Shown: piece by piece, positions 51,755 through 61,366 of the stretch
Position numbering within the stretch: position 1 is the first letter of the stretch
How the letters are laid out: every line of letters begins with the position of its first letter
Assembly (NCBI GenBank): GCA_025350815.1
Contig: JANXXE010000193.1
Span: 1,671 to 65,670 of the forward strand
Length of the DNA: 64,000 bases
Origin: Myxococcales bacterium
GTDB taxonomy: Bacteria; Myxococcota_A; Polyangia; Fen-1088
Direction: 5' to 3'
Made by a program: the position numbers and the translations under genes
Notes under the pieces: generated by a model
The model's input: the letters and a program-made list of their open reading frames with translations, nothing else
The model's database searches: none
Told to the model about the DNA's origin: nothing

Positions 51755-52702
51755 ATGGCCACTGGCTTTCACACGGCTTCCTGCTTGCGCCGGGCGTTGC
51801 CCGTGATCTTCGCGATCGGCCCGGCGGTTCTGGGCTGCGGCTCGCCAGCACCCCGCGTAGGCGGCAGCGATCCGCCTCCCGATGATGGTGGCGATCCCGG
51901 CCCAACGTCTGTCCCGCCGCCCGGCCCGACGCACCTCGACGCGGCAGTGTCGGGCGGCACTGGCGCGCGGACCGAAGCGGCCGATGCGCCGACCGTGCGC
52001 GCGGGCGCGGCGGATACCGCTGCCATGGAAACCGGGACCTCGGACAGCGCAGCGCCGGACGGCGCCGCCGGGGGCCCATCGCGCTGTCCTGGCGCGGGGC
52101 TGCTGATCTGCGAGAATTTCGAGAGCGGAAAGATCGACCCCACCATCTGGCGCATCGATGGCAGTCCCGAAATCGTCGCTGACAAGGCGGCCCGCGGCAC
52201 GCACTCGCTGCACATGCACATCACGCCCAGCGCCCTGGGATCGCGTCTGCGCACGACGGGGATATTTCCCATCACCAACAACACTGTCTACGTGCGCGCG
52301 TTCATGTACTACTCGGGCGCGCAGCTTGCCTCCAATCGTCACACCACGCTGTCGGAAGGGATCAATAGCCGGCAGCGTTACCAGCTGGGCATCTATCAAC
52401 AGCGTCTGCACACGAACTACAACGGCCCTGAGGCCGACGCCGGACCCGTCTCACGTAGTCCCTTTCCTGGCAAGGACCGCTGGCTTTGCATCGAGTGGAT
52501 GTTTGATGGCAGCGCCACCAGCCAGGTCCGCGTCTGGGTGGACGGGACTGAAGACACCAGCTTGCATCTGACCGGCCGCACGATGGGGCCGTTTTCAACC
52601 CTGGCGGTGGGCGCCCAGCAATACGGGGTGGATGGCGCGACCTACGACATCTGGATGGACGAAGTCGCCGTCAGCACCAGCCGGATTGGCTGTCAGATCT
52701 AG
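51755..52702 (+). CDS. ConA/LamG-like domain lipoprotein (paralog 3 of 4)
   Basis: ORF track 51659..52702; ATG at 51755 gives MATGFHTASCLRRALPVIFAIGPAVLGCGS (lipobox). A Pro/Ala/Asp linker follows. Then: CPGAGLLICENFESGKIDPTIWRIDG...RWLCIEWMFDGSATSQVRVWVDG...YDIWMDEVAVSTSRIGCQI*. Confidence 0.8.
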   Translation: MATGFHTASCLRRALPVIFAIGPAVLGCGSPAPRVGGSDPPPDDGGDPGPTSVPPPGPTHLDAAVSGGTGARTEAADAPTVRAGAADTAAMETGTSDSAAPDGAAGGPSRCPGAGLLICENFESGKIDPTIWRIDGSPEIVADKAARGTHSLHMHITPSALGSRLRTTGIFPITNNTVYVRAFMYYSGAQLASNRHTTLSEGINSRQRYQLGIYQQRLHTNYNGPEADAGPVSRSPFPGKDRWLCIEWMFDGSATSQVRVWVDGTEDTSLHLTGRTMGPFSTLAVGAQQYGVDGATYDIWMDEVAVSTSRIGCQI

Positions 52703-52837
52703 AACCGCTCTAGAAGCGCGGCACGCCGATCGCCCGCGGCCAGCCGGCCCAGATCCGTTGAATGTCTCAGGAATTCCCAATGACACAGACTGTCTACAGC
52801 CGTGGACGCAAGGTGCCGATGGCTATTCCTGTACCTG

Positions 52838-53374
52838 ATGCACCGCTTTCCTATACTGGCGCAACCCCGCAAGGTCGCGGCGTGGGCGGGTTCGTCCCCC
52901 GGACGCCAGGGCGTCTTTTCGACGGTCGTCGACAGCCTTCTTGGGGACGGCCTGGGCGTCCGCTTTCGCGCCCGGGGCAACAGCATGCATCCCACCGTGC
53001 GCGACGGCGAGTGTCTGATAGTCGCTCCGGTCGCGGCCACGCGAGTGGCGATCGGGGACGTCCTGTTATGCCGGACGCGCGGACGTCCGATCGCCCACCG
53101 GGTCCTTTCAATCGAATTGGCGACCGACGGATCGCAGCGTTTCAATCTGCGCGGCGACGCCGTCGTCGACTACGACCAGCCGGTCAGCGCCGACCAGGTA
53201 CAAGGCAAGGTCGTGGCGGTCGAACGTGAAGGCAAGCTCGTGAGTCTGGAAGTTGCGGGCGGCCGGCTTGGCCGCTTCTTGCTTACTTCGGCCTTGCGAC
53301 TGCGATCGGCCGCGCCTGCCGCCCAGGCAAGACGCCTGCTCGCGCCGCTGCGACGCGCCTACCTGTCGCCATAG
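52838..53374 (+). CDS. S26B/S24-like serine peptidase (ER/SipW-type Ser-His signature) without an obvious TM anchor
   Basis: ORF track 52802..53374; ATG at 52838. RGNSMHPTVRDGECLIV carries the Ser (codon 52982-52984). GDVLLCRTRGRPIAHRVLS carries a His (codon 53096-53098) where bacterial P-type signal peptidases and LexA have Lys. I see no strongly hydrophobic segment. Confidence 0.6.
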   Translation: MHRFPILAQPRKVAAWAGSSPGRQGVFSTVVDSLLGDGLGVRFRARGNSMHPTVRDGECLIVAPVAATRVAIGDVLLCRTRGRPIAHRVLSIELATDGSQRFNLRGDAVVDYDQPVSADQVQGKVVAVEREGKLVSLEVAGGRLGRFLLTSALRLRSAAPAAQARRLLAPLRRAYLSP

Positions 53375-53423
53375 TCGTCGATCCGGCGACGGGCACCTGG
53401 GCGTCCAATCGCCGATGCGCAAG

Positions 53424-54626
53424 TCACTGCGACGATTTGGACTCGGCCAGCGACGGGAACAAGCGATCGCGCAGTCGCAAGGCCGGCATTTCCACCGCCC
53501 TTGCCGACGAGACGCCGACCGCCAGACTGCCCGCCACGTAAACGAATAGTTCGCCGCCCCAACCGAGGCGCCAGTGCGCCAGACGCTGAACCAAGGCGGC
53601 GACCGCCGGAACGCCAACTACCAACAGGGGCAGGTGCCACAAATAGATCGAGTACGAATACGTTCCCATGCGCCCCAGGGCCGCCGCCACAACGTTGCCG
53701 GGTGATCTCCCCGTGTCGGATGCTTTCGCGCGGGTCAAAGACCAGGCGACAAGGCCCGTGAATCCGATGGACAGGCCGCTGAGGCCAATCGTGCGCATGC
53801 CAAACTCACCCTGACGCCAGATCGCGGCGGGGGTCAGCAACGCCACAGAGCCGCCCAGTAGCCACGGCCGCAAGCGCGCGCGCGAAAGGAACGCCAGGCG
53901 TTCTGGATGCAGATGCCACGCATAGGCCAGCGCCACCCCATAGAACAAAGCGTCCAGGCGCAGGTGCGTGGCAAACATATGTGTCTTGAAGTCGAATTCA
54001 GGCCAGCGCCAGCCCACCCACAGGCGCAAGGCCACCTCGCCCACCGCCACAACGACGAAGATGACGGGCAGCCGGTGGATTGCCTGTCGCCGGACCAGTA
54101 GCCACAACAACAGCGCCAGCAACAAATAGAAGTGTTCCTCAACCGCCAGGGACCAGGTATGACCCCAAAGGTTCGGGCCGTAGTTCTGGACAAACAAGGC
54201 CTCGCACAGCACCGCCCGCAAGTTCACCGTGCGGGACGTGAGCAGCGCGATGCCCGCCACGGTCAGCGCCAGGAACACATAGAACGGCGGGTAGATCTTG
54301 AAGCCGCGCCGGATCAGGAATCGGCCCAGCCGCAAGTGGCCCCGCGTACGCAGTTCGCGGAACAGCAAACCCGCCACAAGAAAACCGCTCAACACAAAGA
54401 ACAGGTCGACCCCGATCCACGCAGCACGGAACAGGCTGCGCCCAAGAATCTGGGGCAGGTGCGCGATGTCGGCCGGCGCCGCGTCGAAACCTTCCACCAG
54501 CGCGACCAGGCCGCGGTTCCCCTGCCCCTCTTTGAGATGTCGAAACATGACCAGCAGCACCGCAACGGCGCGCAGAACATCAAGCTGGCGCAACCTCGTT
54601 ACTGGCGAAGAGTCTCCTGGGGACAA
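53424..54626 (-). CDS. Acyltransferase family 3 (OafA-like) integral membrane protein
   Basis: ORF track 53424..54824. The first ~65 codons would overlap the divergent gene, so I prefer TTG at 54626 (or TTG at 54593). LRQLDVLRAVAVLLVMFRHL is the family's N-terminal motif. About 10 hydrophobic helices follow. Confidence 0.8.
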   Translation of the reverse strand: MSPGDSSPVTRLRQLDVLRAVAVLLVMFRHLKEGQGNRGLVALVEGFDAAPADIAHLPQILGRSLFRAAWIGVDLFFVLSGFLVAGLLFRELRTRGHLRLGRFLIRRGFKIYPPFYVFLALTVAGIALLTSRTVNLRAVLCEALFVQNYGPNLWGHTWSLAVEEHFYLLLALLLWLLVRRQAIHRLPVIFVVVAVGEVALRLWVGWRWPEFDFKTHMFATHLRLDALFYGVALAYAWHLHPERLAFLSRARLRPWLLGGSVALLTPAAIWRQGEFGMRTIGLSGLSIGFTGLVAWSLTRAKASDTGRSPGNVVAAALGRMGTYSYSIYLWHLPLLVVGVPAVAALVQRLAHWRLGWGGELFVYVAGSLAVGVSSARAVEMPALRLRDRLFPSLAESKSSQ

Positions 54627-54743
54627 GGCGCGGGCATCATGGCCGAGCGCGCCCGCCGCGTAAACCTCCCGAGTCCACCTCTGTCCACGTTGGCGACCCG
54701 TTGGCGACCATTGAAGGTCTGTTACAGTGGCGCCGTGGCGCGT

Positions 54744-56126
54744 ATGGAATTCCGTGCCTGCGGCCTTCGTCGACTGACCCATTGGGCGTTCGCAGCGTTT
54801 CTGGCGACGGAATCCGTGGCCCACGGCAACGGCGCCTTCCCCGATACCATCCAGATTTTCGTCGCGCCCGAGCGGGGCGACGAGTTCGTGCTGACCACAA
54901 ATTTCGGGCTGGTGATGTCACGGGATGGCGGCGCCTCGTGGCAGTGGACGTGTGAACACGGCGACGGCCTGGGCGTCGGGCGCTATGAAGCGGCGCGTGC
55001 GCCAAGCCCACGGATATGGGGCCTGTCCGATCTTGGCCTCGCTTTCACGGATGACATCGGCTGCCAGTGGACCAGCGCGGTGCCCGACGGGCGCGTGGCG
55101 CCCTACGACCTGTTCGCGGACCCGACCGACCCTTTGCGCCTTCTGATCCTGGTGGCCGGGGGCAATGGCAGCGAGACCTCCATCTACGAATCCACCAACG
55201 CCGGTGCGACCTTCGGCCGGCAACTGTACAAGGCGGCCGCGCGCGAGACCCTGACCACGGTCGAAAGCGCACGCTCTGATCCGCGCGTCATCTACGCAAC
55301 CCTGCTGCCCGCTCGAAATCCCGGACATCCTGTCCTCTTGCACTCCGGCGACGGAGGTTCCACTTGGACCGCGCTCGATTCGGGCCCCGTCGTCGACGCG
55401 GAGGACTTGAGAATCGTCGCCGTGGACCCGACGGACGCACGCACGGTCTTCTTCCGGGTGGTCCGGGCCGAACACGAGGAACTCGCCGTCACACGAGACG
55501 GCGGCGCGACGTTCACATTGCCCCTGGCCGTTCCCGGCAAGCTGACCGCGTTTGTCCAACTGGCTGACGGCACGCTGCTGGCCGGCGCGGCAAACGGCAA
55601 TGACGGGGCCGTGTATCGCTCGGTCGATCGCGGCGCGACGTTCACCGAGATCAGTCGGGCGGTGCATCCGCGCGCCCTGGCTGAACGCGCGGGCAAGGTC
55701 TATGTTGCCGCCGACGACATTCAGGACAAATTCGCGCTGGGCGTCTCGAAAGATCGCGGCCAAACGTGGCAGCGGGTCATGGGCTTTGCCGACGTCAGGG
55801 GCATCAACAGCTGTGGGAATCTGACCGCACTGTGCCGCCCGTCCTGTCGGGCGCAAGTTGCCAACGGCGTGTTCGGGGAAGCAGCCTGCCGCGGCCCACT
55901 TATGGATGCCGGGGTGACACCGGTGGTCCCACCCGGTACGGAAGGAGGCTGTGGGTGTCGCGTCTACAATCGAGAGCCCCGAGGATTTTCCCTGCAACTA
56001 CTGATGGTTCTAGCGTTGCTGCGAAGGCGTTCAACCAAAATGACGAGACGCCGAGGGCGCGGGCCCCAATGGACAGTCCAGCGACTCGTCGCGTGCATCA
56101 CACATTTTTCGCCATTCGGAAAATAG
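54744..56126 (+). CDS. BNR/Asp-box repeat beta-propeller protein with MYXO-CTERM tag
   Basis: ORF track 54132..56126; ATG at 54744 gives the signal peptide MEFRACGLRRLTHWAFAAFLATESVAHG. Asp-box repeats: SRDGGASW, STNAGATF, SGDGGSTW, TRDGGATF, SVDRGATF, SKDRGQTW. The C-terminal tag is EGGCGCRVYNREPRGFSLQLLMVLALLRRR (~55942-56040), followed by a further ~30 aa. Confidence 0.85.
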   Translation: MEFRACGLRRLTHWAFAAFLATESVAHGNGAFPDTIQIFVAPERGDEFVLTTNFGLVMSRDGGASWQWTCEHGDGLGVGRYEAARAPSPRIWGLSDLGLAFTDDIGCQWTSAVPDGRVAPYDLFADPTDPLRLLILVAGGNGSETSIYESTNAGATFGRQLYKAAARETLTTVESARSDPRVIYATLLPARNPGHPVLLHSGDGGSTWTALDSGPVVDAEDLRIVAVDPTDARTVFFRVVRAEHEELAVTRDGGATFTLPLAVPGKLTAFVQLADGTLLAGAANGNDGAVYRSVDRGATFTEISRAVHPRALAERAGKVYVAADDIQDKFALGVSKDRGQTWQRVMGFADVRGINSCGNLTALCRPSCRAQVANGVFGEAACRGPLMDAGVTPVVPPGTEGGCGCRVYNREPRGFSLQLLMVLALLRRRSTKMTRRRGRGPQWTVQRLVACITHFSPFGK

Positions 56127-56256
56127 GGGCTCGCGGCGCGGTCGTTTCTGGTCAATGGTTAAGCGGCAGAATGCGCATTTCGCAGTTTGCCCCTACCTGG
56201 TGTGAGCGCAGGTGGTATTCAGAATATTCTTCTAACTGACTGGTGTGGAGGGCGAT

Positions 56257-58104
56257 ATGAAGTGCGAACCCCTTCGAGCGCTCCGCAGCGCCGACGCCTC
56301 GATATTCTGGCCTGCGGTGCTTTCCTTCGTCCTGGCTTGCTCGTCCGAAGCCCCCGTATGGGACACGGCCGACCTGCCGCCTCCGGGCGCCACCCGCGGT
56401 CAGCTGGCTGTTTTCGTCGCGGACCTGGACAACGGCACGACCGAATATCAGTACTTCCTGCGCGTCGGCGACGACGAACGCCGGTTGCGTTTCGAGCAGC
56501 CCCCGTCACTGGACCCCGGCGCTGTGGTGGACGTATGGGCCCGGCCCAACAGCGACGGTGAACTACTGGTGACCCGCTTCGAGACTGTGAAGACAGCCGT
56601 GGCGACCGTGGACAGCGTCAAACAGCGGTTGATCAATGGCCCCGCCGCACGCCCGCGAAAAATCGCGTTCGTGATGGTCGACATCGGGGCGGGCGTCAAC
56701 ACGACCGAGGCCGCCGTGACGACCCGACTGTTTGGTGTTGGCGCCACGGACGCATCCCTGCGGCAGTACTACATCGAGGCGTCGTACGGTCGCCAGGATC
56801 TGGGCGGCCAGGTATTCGGCCCTCTCAAGTACACGATGACCGGATGTGACACCTCGGCGCTTGCCAAGACTTTGAAAGCGATGGTGCCCACGGGCTTCGA
56901 CCACTACTTGTGGTACCTGGGTTCGAAGAACGCCGCGTGCGCCTGGAGCGGTCTTGCGTCACTGGGAACCCCAAACTCGCCGTCGCGGGACACCTGGTAC
57001 AACGCATCTACCAACTGCGTGGTGCTGGTGCAAGAACCCGGTCACAACTTCGGGATGAAGCATTCTTCGTCGCTGAAGTGCCCCAATGGCGTGGTCTTCG
57101 AGGACGCGCCCAACGGCACCTGCGTGCATTCGGAATACGGCGATTCCTACGACCCCATGGGCCGCGCCTGCCGCCACATGAATTCCTACCAGAAGGCCTA
57201 CCAGGGCTGGTACGGCAGCTGTAACGTGATCGACGTGACGTCGACGGGAACGTTCACGCTGTTGCCGACCGAGTTGCCTTGCGACGGCGTGCAGTCGCTG
57301 CAGATCGCCATGCCGAAGTCGCGTCCGTTTGCCCGCAGCGGCGGCGGCGGCGCCGACAGTACGGTCAACCTCACCCACTATTATGTCGAGATGCGAAGCG
57401 GCGTCGGCTTCGACAAGGGCTTAGCGCCGCAGGTGCAGATTCGCGTATCCGGTGACATCCGCCTGCGCACGCAGGGCGGGCTCAACAGCTGGTTCCTGGA
57501 CATGAATCCTGCGACCGCCAACCTCGACGGCCTGGCGGCCGGGGGCACGTACACGGATCCGGCGGGCACCATCAAGATCACCGTCCAGGCCATCGATGCG
57601 GCCAAGGCAACCGTCAACGTGGAAATTCAGGGCGGCACGGGCGGCCCCACCTGCCAGGACGGCACGGCGCTGGCGGCACCCGGACCGGGCCCCGAAAGCT
57701 GCGCCGCAGCGCCGTCGATTCCCGGCGATGCGCCGCCTCTGTCACTTGGCGACGGCGGCGTGCGCGACGGCGGCGCGACAACGCGGCCGACCGACGGTGG
57801 CGCTGCTACGGCAGGACGCAGGGACGCGGCCAGCGAGGATGTTGCGCCACCGAGTCCCGATGTAGCGACCATGAACAATCCACCCCCGCCGGACAGCGGC
57901 GTCGATAGATTCGCAGATGCTGTGGGCAGCGCGGTGGCCACGGGGGACGGCGATGACGGCGGCACCTCCGTCCCGTCTCGACAGGTCAACGGGGGATGTG
58001 GCTGCCGCGTCGACGGGAATCAGGACGGCGGCGGCGCCTTGCCCCTCATCTTGGTCGCCGGTCTTTTCCCGATCGTGCGACGGCGTTTCAGGGCCCGGGC
58101 GTGA
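56257..58104 (+). CDS. Gametolysin (M11)-like metzincin-fold lipoprotein with QExxHxxGxxH motif and MYXO-CTERM tag
   Basis: ORF track 56245..58104. ATG at 56257 is preceded by GGAGGG. The lipobox is SFVLACSS. VLVQEPGHNFGMKHSS lies at 57031-57063, with CAA (Gln) where the first zinc-ligand His is expected. A low-complexity linker is followed by NGGCGCRVDGNQDGGGALPLILVAGLFPIVRRRFRARA*. Confidence 0.75.
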   Translation: MKCEPLRALRSADASIFWPAVLSFVLACSSEAPVWDTADLPPPGATRGQLAVFVADLDNGTTEYQYFLRVGDDERRLRFEQPPSLDPGAVVDVWARPNSDGELLVTRFETVKTAVATVDSVKQRLINGPAARPRKIAFVMVDIGAGVNTTEAAVTTRLFGVGATDASLRQYYIEASYGRQDLGGQVFGPLKYTMTGCDTSALAKTLKAMVPTGFDHYLWYLGSKNAACAWSGLASLGTPNSPSRDTWYNASTNCVVLVQEPGHNFGMKHSSSLKCPNGVVFEDAPNGTCVHSEYGDSYDPMGRACRHMNSYQKAYQGWYGSCNVIDVTSTGTFTLLPTELPCDGVQSLQIAMPKSRPFARSGGGGADSTVNLTHYYVEMRSGVGFDKGLAPQVQIRVSGDIRLRTQGGLNSWFLDMNPATANLDGLAAGGTYTDPAGTIKITVQAIDAAKATVNVEIQGGTGGPTCQDGTALAAPGPGPESCAAAPSIPGDAPPLSLGDGGVRDGGATTRPTDGGAATAGRRDAASEDVAPPSPDVATMNNPPPPDSGVDRFADAVGSAVATGDGDDGGTSVPSRQVNGGCGCRVDGNQDGGGALPLILVAGLFPIVRRRFRARA

Positions 58105-58124
58105 ACCGGGGTTCACGATTCGTG

Positions 58125-58586
58125 ATGGCCGTGGCGCTGGCGGGTGCCGGCGCGTGCCTGGCCGCGTGTGCGACGATGCTCGGCTGCTCGTCCAAGCCGG
58201 CCCCGGCGCTGACGGACGCCGCGACAATGGGCGGCAAAGGTGGTCAAGGGGGCGGTCAAGGGGGCGGTCAAGACGGCGCGCAAGGGGGGACGGAAGCCGG
58301 GACGCCGGCATTCGTGGGTGTAGCCAAGAACTGCCTTGAGCTGCGCCAGTGCACCTTCGCGTGCAAGACGGACACAGCCTGCGTCACACGCTGCGTGACC
58401 CAGGCGCCCGCCGATGCGCAGAAGAAATTCCAGGCAGTGCAGATGTGCAGCACCAAATCCTGCCCCACGCGCGACACCGAATGCCGCTGCATGGCCGAAT
58501 GCCTGTTCCCGTCGGATTGCGCGGACGTCCTCGACGAATGCACGGTCGGGCACGAAGATCCGTTCTGCGAGGCGAATTGCCGGTAA
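58125..58586 (+). CDS. Small Cys-rich lipoprotein (13 Cys in the last ~90 aa)
   Basis: Part of ORF 57996..58586. ATG at 58125 gives MAVALAGAGACLAACATMLGCSS. An alternative GTG at 58101 overlaps the upstream stop as GTGA. A GGQGG-type linker follows. Then: CLELRQCTFACKTDTACVTRCV...CSTKSCPTRDTECRCMAECLFPSDCADVLDECTVGHEDPFCEANC. Confidence 0.65.
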   Translation: MAVALAGAGACLAACATMLGCSSKPAPALTDAATMGGKGGQGGGQGGGQDGAQGGTEAGTPAFVGVAKNCLELRQCTFACKTDTACVTRCVTQAPADAQKKFQAVQMCSTKSCPTRDTECRCMAECLFPSDCADVLDECTVGHEDPFCEANCR

Positions 58587-58587
58587 T

Positions 58588-59220
58588 TCAGGCCGGTCGG
58601 CCGAGCCGCGCCAGGTAGTCCTGCCAGGCTCGCTCGGACGAGCGGCGGCAGTAGGCCGCCACCAGCGCGCGCGCTTCGAGGGGGACCGCGATGATCATGT
58701 CTTCGGCGTAGACCACATAGGGCGCACGCCCGTCGGCGCGCAAGGCGTCCATCACCACGTCAAGCGGGGGCCACTGGTCGGCCTTGTGCGGGGCGGGCGG
58801 CGGGGCCGCAAACAGACGGGCATCGTCAATGAAGATGAAATGCTGGAACGGTGACGCCGCCGCCGCGGCAAGTTCCTCAAGCAAGGGACACTCGTTTCCG
58901 TCGCCGAAGGTTTCGCCGTCGCTCCAATGTCCGTCCAGCCACAGGAAGCCCGGACCCGAAGTCGCGTCGAGAATCCGTCGCAGTTCGGTGCGCGAGTCGC
59001 CCAGAACGAAGCTGAGATTGCTCAGTGCCGCGTGCGCCCGGGACGCGGCCAAAAACAGCGCGGGCGCCGCCTCGATCGTCGTGACACGCGCGAAGTGCCC
59101 CGCCGCCCACGCGGCCGTCGCACCCAGGAACGTCCCGGTTTCGACGAAGTCGTCGATTCCGAAAGCGTCGCGTAGCGCGAGCGTCAGCTCTTTCGGCGGC
59201 CCGGGGTGGACCAAACCCAT
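58588..59220 (-). CDS. Class I SAM-dependent methyltransferase-like protein (Methyltransf_24-like)
   Basis: ORF track 210 aa. FVETGTFLGATAAWAA is motif I-like, followed by TTIEAAP and FLWLDGHW. Confidence 0.6.
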   Translation of the reverse strand: MGLVHPGPPKELTLALRDAFGIDDFVETGTFLGATAAWAAGHFARVTTIEAAPALFLAASRAHAALSNLSFVLGDSRTELRRILDATSGPGFLWLDGHWSDGETFGDGNECPLLEELAAAAASPFQHFIFIDDARLFAAPPPAPHKADQWPPLDVVMDALRADGRAPYVVYAEDMIIAVPLEARALVAAYCRRSSERAWQDYLARLGRPA

Positions 59221-59591
59221 GCACCGACCTTAACCCGGCAGCGGGGAAGAGCAACTAGTCCCGCGCCGTCTCTTCGTTTCAGTGGTTCAATCTGTCTACA
59301 CAATCCGACGATGTGTCCGATGAATGGGCTTCGTCTCCGCTGCCGCCCCACATGCCTGTGCCGTGTGCCTGCTCGCCTCGTGCGGCCGGGTCGGCTACGG
59401 GAACCTCAGCGACAGGGCGTCCATCGACGTCGCGGTCGCCGATGCCGAGACTGACCGAACGCCCACGCCCGACTACGCGCCCTTGCGCAGCCCTGACAGG
59501 CAGACGGTGTGACGTTTCGCCTGCGATTCGTCCCTACATCTGCCCGGTGACGGTGTCCGGTGTCCGGCAGTCAAACCAAGCGGAGGCTCAG

Positions 59592-60578
59592 ATGCACGCG
59601 ATCTTTCGTCTAGCCCGATGTCGAGTTGCGCCACTGGTATTGCTGGCGGTCTGTACAGCGACGCAAGGCTGCGGATCGCCCGCGGCCCGATCGCCCGTCA
59701 CCACAGACGACAGCGATCGAGACGCTGCGGGCGGTGGCGCGCCGGCCGATGCGATGACGTCCACGACCAAAGGAGACAACGCCTCGCCCGTTCCGAAGGT
59801 GGATGCCCTGGGGACGATCGACGTGGCCACTGTGGCGGGTCCGGACGCGGGCGGCGACGCCCGGCCTGTCGTGGGTGTGGACGCCGGTGCGGACGGCTCC
59901 GTGAGCGCACCGGCAACGCCGGGCTGCTCGAATCCGGACTATTTGCTGTGTGAAGACTTCGAAAGCGGAACCCTTGATCCGGCCAAGTGGAAGGCAGTCC
60001 CCGGGGGCACTGCGGTGGTCGAAAAAACGCACCCCGGTCACGGCAGCTATGCGCTGCACACCACGGTTCCCAAGAACGGCACAACAGCCCGGATCATCAG
60101 CGCCGATGACTTCGCCTTCGGTGCACAAACCGTATTCATACGGACGCTGGTGTACATCGACCAGAGCGCGGCCCCGTTTCAGTTCTCAGCACTGCGCGTC
60201 GGCTCGGCCAACGGACAGCTACATCAATACGACATCAATTTCGACGCCAAATATCAATTCCGGATGCTTTGGTACAAAAGCGGAGGTGGCGCGGAGCCCG
60301 ACCTGATCTTCACGAACGTCATGCCCCAGTTCGGTTCCTGGCATTGCTGGGAATGGGAAATCCGCGGAGCCACCAACGAAGTCAATTTCGCGATCGATGG
60401 CAAAGACATCCCGGGCATGCACGTGCCAGCGACAAAAGGATGGACCACGCCGGCGCGGGCAAAATTGGTCGTTGGCAGTTCCACGCCACACCCGGACACC
60501 ATTCCCGCCAACGGCTTGCATCTGTATTTCGACGACATCGTGATCAGCAGCAAGAAGATCGGCTGCCCCGCACCCTGA
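59592..60578 (+). CDS. ConA/LamG-like domain lipoprotein (paralog 4 of 4)
   Basis: ORF track 59313..60578; ATG at 59592 gives MHAIFRLARCRVAPLVLLAVCTATQGCGS (lipobox). An Asp/Ala/Gly linker follows. Then: CSNPDYLLCEDFESGTLDPAKWKAVPG...SWHCWEWEIRGATNEVNFAIDG...LHLYFDDIVISSKKIGCPAP*. Confidence 0.8.
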   Translation: MHAIFRLARCRVAPLVLLAVCTATQGCGSPAARSPVTTDDSDRDAAGGGAPADAMTSTTKGDNASPVPKVDALGTIDVATVAGPDAGGDARPVVGVDAGADGSVSAPATPGCSNPDYLLCEDFESGTLDPAKWKAVPGGTAVVEKTHPGHGSYALHTTVPKNGTTARIISADDFAFGAQTVFIRTLVYIDQSAAPFQFSALRVGSANGQLHQYDINFDAKYQFRMLWYKSGGGAEPDLIFTNVMPQFGSWHCWEWEIRGATNEVNFAIDGKDIPGMHVPATKGWTTPARAKLVVGSSTPHPDTIPANGLHLYFDDIVISSKKIGCPAP

Positions 60579-60580
60579 CG

Positions 60581-61360
60581 TCATGCATGCGCCCGGACCC
60601 GGTCGGTCCCGAGGGCTGCCGTCAAAACATCGAGACGGGGAAACGCGTGGCCCAGGTGCTGCGTGAAGCCCTCGGCATAGCGCACGGACGGACGGCCAAA
60701 ATCGCGCGCGCGGTCGGCGGACTGCCGGTACATCCACGCCAGGTAATCGTCCTCGCCGTGCTGTTCCTGCAACCAGGTCCGCTGCGAGGCGTGCGACGCC
60801 AGCATTTGCTCTTTTGTGGCGATGACGTCGGTGACGTCCACCATGAACGGGGCCGGCACGCGGTGACCGAAGTGGTCCACCAGATCGATCGGATCCGCAT
60901 AAAGAACGGTCGGAATTCCCACACACGGCGGCAGCGACAGGCCCCCCTGACTTTCCCGCACGCCCGGCATGGTCGAAGCGAAGGCGGCCTCCCGCACGAT
61001 GCGCGCGGTCTCCTGGTGGTCCGCCATGTAGTCGAGGGGTGACGGAACGATGACAAGATCCGGCCGTACCTGCCGCAGGAAGCCGGCCAGCCGACGAGTC
61101 GCCGCCTCGCCGAAGACGATCTTGAGATCCTCGAAGCCGAGACACGTATAAGGGGCATCCAGGATGGCAGCGGAAGCGGCCGCCTCTTGCCGGCGCAGCG
61201 CCCCAATTTCCTGCGGGCCCAGCGTCGACGAGCCCAGATCGCCGGCCGTCATGGTGGCAAGGTGCGGACGCCACCCCGCCTGCCGGAGCAACGTCAGCGT
61301 TCCGGCGCAGGTGATTTCGATGTCATCCGGATGCGCCATGACGGCCAGGACGGTGGGCAT
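60581..61360 (-). CDS. PIG-L/LmbE-family N-acetylglucosaminyl deacetylase
   Basis: ORF track 259 aa. VLAVMAHPDDIEITCAGTL is the family signature (AHPDD), and HQET lies downstream. Confidence 0.85.
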   Translation of the reverse strand: MPTVLAVMAHPDDIEITCAGTLTLLRQAGWRPHLATMTAGDLGSSTLGPQEIGALRRQEAAASAAILDAPYTCLGFEDLKIVFGEAATRRLAGFLRQVRPDLVIVPSPLDYMADHQETARIVREAAFASTMPGVRESQGGLSLPPCVGIPTVLYADPIDLVDHFGHRVPAPFMVDVTDVIATKEQMLASHASQRTWLQEQHGEDDYLAWMYRQSADRARDFGRPSVRYAEGFTQHLGHAFPRLDVLTAALGTDRVRAHA

Positions 61361-61366
61361 TGATCG

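Noticed and set aside
54132-54743. 204-codon N-terminal extension of the BNR protein ORF
   Set aside because: It is antisense to the acyltransferase-3 membrane gene. A signal peptide starts at the internal ATG at 54744.
59324-59512. 62-aa ORF with a lipoprotein-like N-terminus (AVCLLASCGRVGYGNL)
   Set aside because: The C-G-R-[IV]-G-[FY] motif after a lipobox is familiar from myxobacterial lipoproteins. The ORF is very short, ends without a domain and lies in the leader of the next gene. It could be a truncated relic, but the evidence is insufficient.
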